From Candidatus Bruticola sp. (GTDB lineage: Bacteria > Vulcanimicrobiota > Xenobia > Xenobiales > Xenobiaceae), in NCBI GenBank assembly GCA_051874695.1, contig JBJEGC010000022.1, positions 5,895-69,894 of the forward strand: 64,000 nt of DNA, given 5' to 3'. Position numbers and translations under genes: made by a program. The notes beneath the pieces are model-generated. The model saw only the letters and a list, made by a program, of their open reading frames with translations. It had not been told where the DNA came from and did not search any database. Shown piece after piece: positions 18,717 through 26,878 of the stretch (positions are counted from its first letter, which is position 1; each line of letters opens with the position of its first letter).

Positions 18717-19808
18717 ATGTCAGTAGCATCTGCGTTCCGCTACACAATGGACGATTTGCTTAAACTTACCGTTGAAAAGGGCGCTTCCGACTTGCATTTA
18801 TCCGTAGGTCTGCCTCCTATTCTGCGCATTAGCGGCAAGCTTACTCCTACCGAACTGCCTCGCCTTGTGTCTGATGACAGCAAGCGCTTGATCTATAGTA
18901 TTTTGAATGAGCGCCAAAAAGAGAAGTTTGAAAAAACTTGGGAATTAGACTGCTCCCACGGTGTGCGCGATTACGGACGCTTCCGTGTCAACGTGTTTAA
19001 GCAGCGCGGTAATGTAGGCGCTACTCTGCGTGCTATTTCCAGCGTTATCCCTTCTCGTGCCGAGCTCAACCTGCCTCCGGTTATTGAAGATATGGTACGT
19101 AGCCCTCAGGGACTGATTTTGGTGACTGGTGCTACTGGTCAAGGAAAGTCAACCACCTTGGCCTGCATGCTGGACTTAATTAACTCCGAGCATAATTTCC
19201 ATATTTTAACCATCGAAGATCCTATCGAGTATGTCCACTTCCATAAGAAGTCTATGATCAACCAGCGTGAGCTGGGACAAGACACCATGAGCTGGGCTAA
19301 CGCTTTGCGCTCTTCGTTGCGTGAAGATCCCGATGTAATCTTAGTCGGTGAGATGCGTGACCTTGATACTATGGCCGGCACTTTGACGGCTGCTGAAACT
19401 GGTCACTTGGTGTTCTCTACACTGCATACTTGCGATGCTTCTCAAACTGTAGACCGCATTGTTGACGTCTTCCCGCCTCACCAGCAGCAGCAGATCCGCA
19501 TTCAATTGGCTTCTGTACTTGAAGGTGTCTTCTCCCAGCAACTTATTCCTCACGCTTCTGGTAAAGGACGTGTGCCTGCTGTAGAGGTTATGATTACCAC
19601 TTCCGCTGTACGCAACCTGATTCGTGAAGGTAAGAGCCACCAGATTTACAACGCCATTCAGACCGGATCTAAGCATGGTATGCAGACCATGGAGCAGGCT
19701 CTGCTCGATCTGTACAACACTAAGCAGATTACTATGGAAGATGCTCTCAACCACACGACCCATGCCGACGACCTTCGCCGCATGATTGAGAGTTCCAACC
19801 GCAAGTAA
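18717..19808 (+). CDS. pilT: twitching-motility retraction ATPase PilT
   Basis: Walker A GATGQGKST and the PilT signature AVRNLIREGK, about 360 aa. Perfect GGAGG RBS. Confidence 0.9.
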   Translation: MSVASAFRYTMDDLLKLTVEKGASDLHLSVGLPPILRISGKLTPTELPRLVSDDSKRLIYSILNERQKEKFEKTWELDCSHGVRDYGRFRVNVFKQRGNVGATLRAISSVIPSRAELNLPPVIEDMVRSPQGLILVTGATGQGKSTTLACMLDLINSEHNFHILTIEDPIEYVHFHKKSMINQRELGQDTMSWANALRSSLREDPDVILVGEMRDLDTMAGTLTAAETGHLVFSTLHTCDASQTVDRIVDVFPPHQQQQIRIQLASVLEGVFSQQLIPHASGKGRVPAVEVMITTSAVRNLIREGKSHQIYNAIQTGSKHGMQTMEQALLDLYNTKQITMEDALNHTTHADDLRRMIESSNRK

Positions 19809-19926
19809 GGCCCGACAAGCCTTCCCCGTCAGGAAGGAATATCGCGCTGTTATCGAAAGAACGAAAATTGTGTCAATGGGCCAGCTGCTCTTTGAGCGGC
19901 TGGAAGATAAATAGGAGGTGTTAGCT

Positions 19927-19992
19927 ATGTCAGCTATTTGGTGGCTCGTGCCCGTTATGTGCATTCTTGTCGGTTCTTTGTCTCGCATCTAG
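19927..19992 (+). CDS. candidate 21-aa hydrophobic small protein (MSAIWWLVPVMCILVGSLSRI)
   Basis: ATG preceded by a perfect AGGAGG with an 8-nt spacer in the pilT-pilC intergenic region. It is too short for the ORF track. Confidence 0.25.
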   Translation: MSAIWWLVPVMCILVGSLSRI

Positions 19993-20033
19993 TTTTTAAT
20001 TGAAGAGAGTTGTTGCAAGGAGGTTAGGCGCCA

Positions 20034-21263
20034 ATGCCTGTCTTCGTATACGAAGCACGTGATCAAGAGGGTCAGATAAGAAAAGACCAATTGGAAGCTC
20101 CTAATATCAGAGCTGCCCAAAAGATCGTCCAACAGGACATGAAGATGACCATCGTTAAGATGGAACAGCGATCTGGCAGCGCTGCCGATGGGGATATCTT
20201 TGGCTGGCTCCAGAATATGAAGAAAGTCGATGAGCAGGCGCTTACGGTTTTTAGTAGACAGTTTGCCACGATGATTAACGCTGGTTTGGCAATGGTCCGT
20301 TGCCTTGACATTTTGTCTGAGCAAACTGAAGACAAAAAGTTGCAGCAGGTTCTCGTCCAAGTTAGGCGCGATGTGGAAGGCGGTTCTACTTTATCGAGCG
20401 CTTTGCAGAAGCACCCCGATGTTTTCTCCACGCTGTACCACAGCATGGTAAAGGCCGGCGAGATGGGTGGTGTACTCGATGAAGTTCTGGAACGTTTGGC
20501 CGGATTTATGGAAAAAGACTTCGCCTTAAAGAAAAAGGTGAAGGCGGCTTTAACTTATCCTGTGGTTATCTTGGTTATGGCCATGGGTATCGTATTCTTC
20601 TTAGTTACCTATATTTTGCCTACGTTCGTATCTTTGTTTGAAGGTATGAACTTGCAGTTGCCTTTGCCTACCAGAATTTTGATTGGCCTCACTAAACTGG
20701 CCAGAAATCCTGTAGTTCTGTTCCTTGTTTTTGTCTGTGGCGGTGTGATTGCCGTAGTTTTGAAGAAATATGTCGAGACTCCAGCCGGACGCAAACAGTA
20801 TGACCAGTTGAAATTGAATTTGCCGGTGTTTGGTCTGTTGAACAAGAAGGTGGCTATTTCCCGCTTCTGCCGTACGTTAGGTACATTGCTGTCCTCGGGT
20901 GTGCCTATTATGCAGTCTCTGGAAATTGTAGGTAAAGCCTCTGGTAACGAAGTGATCGCCGCTACGGTTACCCGTATCCGTGATAGTATCCGCGAAGGTG
21001 AAAGTATCGCTTCTCCTTTAGGCGCTTCGGGTATGTTCCCGCCAATGGTAACTCAGATGGTTGCCGTAGGTGAGGAAACCGGTAACTTAGACGCCATGCT
21101 TTCTAAGATTGCCGACTTCTATGATACTGAAGTTGACTACCTGCTTTCCTCTTTAACTTCAATGTTAGAGCCTATCATGATTGTTGGTATGGGTGGTATT
21201 GTAGGTTTCATCGTTATATCCGTATTCTTACCTCTCTATCAGTTGGTTGGAAGTATGGCCTAG
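20034..21263 (+). CDS. pilC: type IV pilus inner-membrane platform protein PilC (GspF family)
   Basis: Two GspF-type repeats with 3 TM segments. AAGGAGG RBS. Confidence 0.9.
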   Translation: MPVFVYEARDQEGQIRKDQLEAPNIRAAQKIVQQDMKMTIVKMEQRSGSAADGDIFGWLQNMKKVDEQALTVFSRQFATMINAGLAMVRCLDILSEQTEDKKLQQVLVQVRRDVEGGSTLSSALQKHPDVFSTLYHSMVKAGEMGGVLDEVLERLAGFMEKDFALKKKVKAALTYPVVILVMAMGIVFFLVTYILPTFVSLFEGMNLQLPLPTRILIGLTKLARNPVVLFLVFVCGGVIAVVLKKYVETPAGRKQYDQLKLNLPVFGLLNKKVAISRFCRTLGTLLSSGVPIMQSLEIVGKASGNEVIAATVTRIRDSIREGESIASPLGASGMFPPMVTQMVAVGEETGNLDAMLSKIADFYDTEVDYLLSSLTSMLEPIMIVGMGGIVGFIVISVFLPLYQLVGSMA

Positions 21264-21323
21264 TTTTCGTCGGGAGGTCAGCTTCGGTTATTCAAACCGA
21301 GACTGACGCTTTCGGTTTATTTG

Positions 21324-21375
21324 AAAAGAGCTTTCCGTCTAGTCGGTACGACTTTGCGGAAAGCTCTTTTTTTTA
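21324..21375 (+). terminator. rho-independent terminator after pilC
   Basis: AAAAGAGCTTTCCG ... CGGAAAGCTCTTTT hairpin followed by a T-tract. Confidence 0.6.
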
Positions 21376-21549
21376 CGTATTTTTACGTATGTACAAAATC
21401 GTAATTTCTGTAGTGAACTAGAATATCGTAAAATTAAGTTTTTTTTTCTTTTTGTCGGGGCCGAACAAGTTAGTTTGTTTGCCAGGTGTATGCCTCTTTA
21501 TAAACATTATTTTTTTTGTAAAAATCGTGGAAATTACTATTAAAAGCTA

Positions 21550-21578
21550 TTGATAAAAGTAAGTTCGTATATTATTAT
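21550..21578 (+). promoter_or_regulatory. sigma70-type promoter candidate for pilA (TTGATA-N17-TATTAT)
   Basis: Near-consensus -35 and -10 hexamers with 17-nt spacing, about 80 nt upstream of the pilA ATG in an AT-rich intergenic region. Confidence 0.4.
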
Positions 21579-21658
21579 TGTTGATAACTGCAGAGTTTAT
21601 TGCAAGGGCAAAATTCTGTCAGTACTGCATTTATGAATACTTTGGAGGAAATCATCAG

Positions 21659-22120
21659 ATGATGCATCGCGTCTCTTCTCGTAAGGGTTTCACCCTAATC
21701 GAGCTCATGATTGTAATCGCTATTATCGCTATCTTGGCTGCTATCTTGGTGCCTAACTTCATCCGCGCTCGTGCTCAGGGCCAGGTCACTTCCTGCAAGT
21801 CCAACCTGAAGAACATCGGTACTGCTTGCGAAATGTATGCTACCGACAACGGTGGTCGTTATCCTCAAGACCTCAACAAGCTCACCGTGTCCGCTCAGGG
21901 CCAGCAGCCCTACTTGAAGCAGATTCCTAAGTGCCCCTCCACCGGTACTTCCGATCCTTACAACTCTTACACCTCCAGCATGAACCCCGACGTCTACACC
22001 ATTTTCTGCCAGGGCTCCAACCACACCGCCGCCGGCTGCGAAGCTGACTATCCTAAGTTCACTGCCACCCAGGGTCTGATCGAGAACCAGGCTGCTGACC
22101 CCGACAAGAACGGTGGTTAG
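21659..22120 (+). CDS. pilA: type IV major pilin PilA
   Basis: MMHRVSSRKG/FTLIELMIVIAIIAILAAILVPNF is a canonical prepilin leader with a mature N-terminal helix. C-terminal Cys pair. GGAGG lies 10 nt upstream. It has its own promoter and terminators on both sides. Confidence 0.85.
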   Translation: MMHRVSSRKGFTLIELMIVIAIIAILAAILVPNFIRARAQGQVTSCKSNLKNIGTACEMYATDNGGRYPQDLNKLTVSAQGQQPYLKQIPKCPSTGTSDPYNSYTSSMNPDVYTIFCQGSNHTAAGCEADYPKFTATQGLIENQAADPDKNGG

Positions 22121-22168
22121 TTTACGCTTTGCTGTTTAGCTGGTTTTCAGCTGATATAGCTTAAGCAA

Positions 22169-22210
22169 AAGAAGGGATTATGCTAATGTAATCCCTTCTT
22201 TTTTTTTATT
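22169..22210 (+). terminator. rho-independent terminator after pilA
   Basis: AAGAAGGGATTA-TGCTAATG-TAATCCCTTCTT hairpin plus T9. Confidence 0.7.
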
Positions 22211-22298
22211 TTATTGGTGCCATGCTTTTTTATTGACACCCTTTAAAGTTTGTTTTAACCTTTACAGAATTGCAACTAACCAGGAGCGTACTCTCTTT

Positions 22299-23189
22299 AT
22301 GCTGGAAGAACTGTGCAGCGCTAATTTAGTAGGTGCTGTAATTGTCTTTATTTATGGCTCTTTAATTGGCAGTTTTCTTAATGTTGTCATTTATCGTCTT
22401 CCCCTAGATCGCTCTATCGTCTACCCGGGATCGGCCTGTGGCACTTGCGGAACTCCACTAACTTGGTGGGAAAATCTGCCCATAATCGCTTACTTCTATT
22501 TGGGAGGACGCTGTCGAGTTTGCGGCAGCTCTTATTCTTGGCGGTACGCAGCCGTTGAAGCCTTCACCGCTGCAGCTTCTGTGTTTCTTTTCTATTTTTA
22601 TGATGGCATAAATGCTCAGTTCCTTTACAGTTTTATTTTTCTTTGTTTGCTTCTGGTTGTTTTCTTTACCGATTTTGATCATTGGATTATTCTTGACTCC
22701 ATTTCTTACGGCGGCATGGCTGTCGGTTTAATTGGGTCCTTCTTTGTGCCCCTTAGGGCTGATTTTACTTTTTTTGATTTTTCTCTTTTGCCTGAAAATT
22801 GGCTTGTTTATGAGGCTATGGGATGCCCTTGGCTGAACATACTTTCTTCAATTTATGGTATGGCTATAGGAACTGCTTTCTATTGGGCTATTCAATATGT
22901 CGGTAAAGTAATTAGTCGCCAGGAGGCTATGGGCAGCGGAGATATAAAATTGGCTGCTATGATTGGGGCTTTTTTGGGTTGGAGCTTAGGTATAGTTTCT
23001 TTCTTCATCAGTTTTATTTTAGGGGCGGTTTTTGCCGTATGTATGATGATTTTCTCTAAGAAACGAAGTAAAGATCCGCTTCCTTTAGGCACTTTTATGG
23101 CTATAGGTGCTTTTGTGTGTATGCTTTTTAACAGCAGAATTACCAACTTCATTTATTATTGGCCTTTGTATATCGGCTTGTGGGATTAA
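22299..23189 (+). CDS. pilD: prepilin peptidase PilD (A24 family)
   Basis: N-terminal zinc tetracysteine CGTCGTPL...CRVCGS, a multi-TM body, and a GSGDIKLAAMIGAFLG peptidase motif. ATG at 22299 with an AGGAG RBS. Confidence 0.85.
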   Translation: MLEELCSANLVGAVIVFIYGSLIGSFLNVVIYRLPLDRSIVYPGSACGTCGTPLTWWENLPIIAYFYLGGRCRVCGSSYSWRYAAVEAFTAAASVFLFYFYDGINAQFLYSFIFLCLLLVVFFTDFDHWIILDSISYGGMAVGLIGSFFVPLRADFTFFDFSLLPENWLVYEAMGCPWLNILSSIYGMAIGTAFYWAIQYVGKVISRQEAMGSGDIKLAAMIGAFLGWSLGIVSFFISFILGAVFAVCMMIFSKKRSKDPLPLGTFMAIGAFVCMLFNSRITNFIYYWPLYIGLWD

Positions 23190-23364
23190 ATGAGAGTTGG
23201 CAGGGGTTTTCTTTAGATAATCGAACTGCAGAAACTCTCTATAGGTGTATCTTATTTAGGTTGGGGGGCCCTTGGAGGTTTTTCACGAACTAAGAAGAAA
23301 GACTGCGGTATAGCAACTGGGAGTTAGTGCGCTCTCACGGCTTTTTTGGGAAGAAGGGGTTTGT

Positions 23365-24486
23365 ATGGACTTTATCAACGGGTTGTTGAAGAAGATCTTC
23401 AAAAAGGAAGAAGAAGTATGCGGCATGGATATTGGCAGTAGCGCTATAAAAGTTGCCGCTATGGTTCGCGGCAAAAAAGGACTCCAATTGACACGCTACG
23501 CCTCTTGCTCCACGCCACCGGCCACTATTAAGGACGGTGCCATTGTAGATGCCCAAACGCTAGGTGAAACTATCCGTGAGTTGCTGCGTGAAAATAATTT
23601 CCCCGCTGATTGTCCGATTGTAAGTGCCGTTTCTGGCCAGTCTGTAGTCATCAGACCCATTAAAATGCCTATTATGACTGAAAGAGAACTTTCTACCTCT
23701 ATTCAGTATCAGGCCGATCAATATTTGCCTTATGCAGTTTCTGATGCGCAGGTTAGTGGTATCATTTTGCGGGAATCTCTCCCCGATGAGCCCAACACTA
23801 TGGAAGTTCTGTTGGTTGCTGCTCCTAAAGAAATGATTACCAACACGCGCGAGCTTATCCAGATCGCTGGTGCCGTTCCCGAGGCCGTCGATTTGGAGCC
23901 GTTCGCCTTGCTGCGTGCTATCCAAGAAAGTAACCCCGAAGTTTCTTCCGGAGATAAGACGATTGCTCTGATCAACTTAGGAGCTTCATCGGGGAGTGTA
24001 AATATTTTTAAGGCGGGCTTGCTCCGCCATAATAGAACAATTTCTATAGCCGGCAATAGCTTTACGAAGGCTATCGGCCAGGAGCTTAACTTGTCTTTTG
24101 AAGAAGCTGAACGCTTCAAAATTGAGAAGTGTGTGGTCAGAGTTGGTGAAAATGACTCTGAGCCTGTCGCTCCTACCACGATGCGTGTCTTTAAGATCAT
24201 TGTTCCCGTTCTGCAGGAACTGGTCCGCGACATACAGCGTTCCTTCGATTATTATCGGTCTAGAGAAAAAGCAGAGTCGGTAGATTTAGTTGTTCTTTCC
24301 GGCGGTACTGCCCGCATGAAGAATATCGATGTCTACCTGGCGAACGAGTTAAGTATCGAGTGTCAGATAGCTAATCCGTTCCGGAGCGCTTCGATTTCGA
24401 ACGTTCAGGGCATTTCAGCTGATGATCTCGAAGCACTTGCGCCTATGGCTATGGTTGTCGCCGGTTTAGCGCTGCGCAAACGTTAA
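23365..24486 (+). CDS. pilM: type IV pilus assembly protein PilM (actin-like ATPase)
   Basis: GMDIGSSAIKVA phosphate-1 motif and an FtsA/PilM-like fold with C-terminal LVLSGGTARM. Confidence 0.85.
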   Translation: MDFINGLLKKIFKKEEEVCGMDIGSSAIKVAAMVRGKKGLQLTRYASCSTPPATIKDGAIVDAQTLGETIRELLRENNFPADCPIVSAVSGQSVVIRPIKMPIMTERELSTSIQYQADQYLPYAVSDAQVSGIILRESLPDEPNTMEVLLVAAPKEMITNTRELIQIAGAVPEAVDLEPFALLRAIQESNPEVSSGDKTIALINLGASSGSVNIFKAGLLRHNRTISIAGNSFTKAIGQELNLSFEEAERFKIEKCVVRVGENDSEPVAPTTMRVFKIIVPVLQELVRDIQRSFDYYRSREKAESVDLVVLSGGTARMKNIDVYLANELSIECQIANPFRSASISNVQGISADDLEALAPMAMVVAGLALRKR

Positions 24487-24544
24487 GTTTGCAGCGCGGG
24501 CTTGGCGAGCTTAGTCGAGCTGATACTCCAAAGGGAGGTGCACG

Positions 24545-25183
24545 ATGACCATCAAGGTCAACCTATTGCCTACTGAGCGTAAGAGGTTTACTTTCGACCC
24601 GCTGGTCGCAGTTTTGTTTGTGTGTGTCTGCGCCGCGCTGGTTGGTTGCATAGTTTGGGGGTCCCGTCTGCAGCAAGATGTAGACGCTACTCAAGCTAAG
24701 ATCCAGCGGCTAGACGACGAGATCAAAAAAACGGAGCAGAGTCTGCCCGTTATTGATGAGATCAAGACGCAGATTGCCAAACTAAAAGGTGAGATTAAAG
24801 TTATCACCAGTTTGAAATATGATCCGGTTCGGTATGCAAATCTCTTGACTGAAGTAGGAAAGGTCTTACCAGAAAATGTATGGCTAACTAGTTTGTCCGT
24901 TGAACCTTCGACGACTGCCGTTACTATGAGCGGTGTTGCCGTTCCTCGCCCCGGCAAACCCCCGTTAGCTACCGTGGCTGAGTTTATACAGAAGATGGAC
25001 AACTCTAAAATTTTTACAGAGTCTTCCTTGTCTTCAACTTCCCAGACTAGGGTTGATAATTCTGGTGTAGGCTTTACTTTCCAAATTGAAGCTCGTTACG
25101 ACGCTGATACTGCCGCCGGTTTAGCTGAGCAGCAGACTGCTGGAGCTTCAAAAGACGTTTCATCCAGTGAAACAGAATCTTAA
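24545..25183 (+). CDS. pilN: type IV pilus assembly protein PilN
   Basis: The N-terminus MTIKVNLLP is the conserved PilN INLLP motif. Single TM plus a coiled coil. GGGAGG RBS. Confidence 0.75.
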   Translation: MTIKVNLLPTERKRFTFDPLVAVLFVCVCAALVGCIVWGSRLQQDVDATQAKIQRLDDEIKKTEQSLPVIDEIKTQIAKLKGEIKVITSLKYDPVRYANLLTEVGKVLPENVWLTSLSVEPSTTAVTMSGVAVPRPGKPPLATVAEFIQKMDNSKIFTESSLSSTSQTRVDNSGVGFTFQIEARYDADTAAGLAEQQTAGASKDVSSSETES

Positions 25184-25192
25184 GGAGGTACG

Positions 25193-25864
25193 ATGACTAT
25201 AAATACACCTATTAAAATCGTCGTAGCCTTCGTAGTAATCGCACTCATTGTTGTTATGTTCTGGTTGTTTGACTGGAAAGATAAAACAGAGCAGATCGAA
25301 CAAAACAACAACAAAGTAGCAGAACTTGAAGTCAAATTAGAGGAACAGCGCAAGCTGGTTGCCGATTTGCCTGCTCTTACCAAAGAGAAGAATGAATTGG
25401 ACCAAGAGCTGGCTCGTGTCGTCCAGACCAATCTCGTTCCTGAAAAAGCCGAGCTCTTTGTTGCTAACTACATCAAAGAGATCGAAAAGCTGACCCAGGA
25501 AGAAGGGTACCGTACTGGTGATGATTCCTTTGAAATTATCTCCATTACCCCTGGTGCTCTGACTTCACAGGCTGCACAAGGTTCCGATGCCGGCAACACT
25601 GAAGCTGCTGAAGAAGACGAAGGCGTTGACGCTACTCCCGATGCTCTTAAGCAGTTCCCGACCCGTATGTTCCAGATGACTATGAAGGGCAGATACTCTA
25701 CCCTGATCGAGTTCCTCTATCAGTTGGGTGATCTCCGTTTAGAGCGTTTGGTTACAATCGACAAGATTGCGCTGCAGCCTGAAAATAAAAAAGAAGGCGA
25801 AGCTGGTAATCCCGTCTTGACGATCCAAATTCCCATCACAGCTTACATGAGACAGGGAGGTTAA
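25193..25864 (+). CDS. pilO: type IV pilus assembly protein PilO
   Basis: Single TM plus a coiled coil, positioned after pilN. AAGGAGG RBS. Confidence 0.65.
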   Translation: MTINTPIKIVVAFVVIALIVVMFWLFDWKDKTEQIEQNNNKVAELEVKLEEQRKLVADLPALTKEKNELDQELARVVQTNLVPEKAELFVANYIKEIEKLTQEEGYRTGDDSFEIISITPGALTSQAAQGSDAGNTEAAEEDEGVDATPDALKQFPTRMFQMTMKGRYSTLIEFLYQLGDLRLERLVTIDKIALQPENKKEGEAGNPVLTIQIPITAYMRQGG

Positions 25865-25873
25865 AGAAAAAAT

Positions 25874-26638
25874 ATGAACCTGCCTGAATTTGGCTCAAAA
25901 TTGAACAAGGGTTGTAAAATTTTCGCTCTCTCTCTGGCTATGTTAGCTTGCGCCGCTTGCGGTGGAGGAGAGACTGCTGATGATTCTCCCAACTCTCCGG
26001 TTAGCAGTGAAGTAGAAGTTGCTGAAAATGCCGGCGGCGATGCCTCTGGCGGAAGTGCCGTCGAGAATCCGGGCGCTTCTTCTGAAGGTGGTGCCGAGGT
26101 AACTGATGCCGGTGTGGCCAGCTCTGGTGAGGGTACCGGAGATGGTACCGTCGTTGAGCCTGCTGCCGATGAAGGCGCAGCTGCTTCGTCTAATAAGGCT
26201 GCTTCTGAGAAGAAGCCCGCTCCTGCAAGACGCAAAGTTGCCGTTCGTGACCCCTTCCTTAACACGGCATCAGGTCCCGTTGTGGTTTCTAACGCCAGTC
26301 TTGCCAAGATGTCGGCTGCTCAAAGAGCTGCTTTACAGAGAAGTCAGAAGAAAGCTGTAACGAACACTTCTGCTAAAAAAGCCAAAGCTGCTAAAAAGGT
26401 CGTAAAAGTCGTTAAGCCCAATATCATGGTCAATGGTATTTTGAGAGGCAGTAATGGTTACGAAGCCATGATTAGCGACGGCACTCAGACCCGCTTGGTG
26501 GCGGTCGGTCAGAGAGTTGATAAGTATCGCATCTTGGGAATCGATCCTAAGACAAACACTGTTACTATCGGTCTCGGCAAAGAGCATAAGTTCCGCTATA
26601 CCTTGGAAAAAGAGCAGTTCGGAGACGCTAAAAAATAG
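25874..26638 (+). CDS. PilP-like lipoprotein
   Basis: Lipobox LAMLAC/AACGG. Low-complexity Ala/Glu/Ser-rich linker. A C-terminal beta-rich domain lies immediately upstream of the secretin gene. Confidence 0.5.
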   Translation: MNLPEFGSKLNKGCKIFALSLAMLACAACGGGETADDSPNSPVSSEVEVAENAGGDASGGSAVENPGASSEGGAEVTDAGVASSGEGTGDGTVVEPAADEGAAASSNKAASEKKPAPARRKVAVRDPFLNTASGPVVVSNASLAKMSAAQRAALQRSQKKAVTNTSAKKAKAAKKVVKVVKPNIMVNGILRGSNGYEAMISDGTQTRLVAVGQRVDKYRILGIDPKTNTVTIGLGKEHKFRYTLEKEQFGDAKK

Positions 26639-26878
26639 CTCATCTTCTGGATAAAATGTCAGTCTCTTTTGAAAAATTGAAAATAATAAAAAGCACGGCC
26701 AGGCTTTCGAGGGTGTCTGTCCGTTTGCAGGAAGGTCTACCTAATTAAGAAAGGGGCGCACATATTGCTTTGCGCGTGCTTTCCAAATGGTGGATCGCAC
26801 CCTCGGAATGAAACTTATGGTTTCAAGTAATTAAGTTCTTAATTGAACGTGATGGCCAATAGGAGGTGGGTAAAACCA

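Noticed and set aside
21590-21615. Possible sigma54 promoter (CTGCAG-N-TTGCA) upstream of pilA
   Set aside because: The -24 element lacks the conserved GG dinucleotide (GC-N10-GC rather than GG-N10-GC). A near-consensus sigma70 promoter is present instead.
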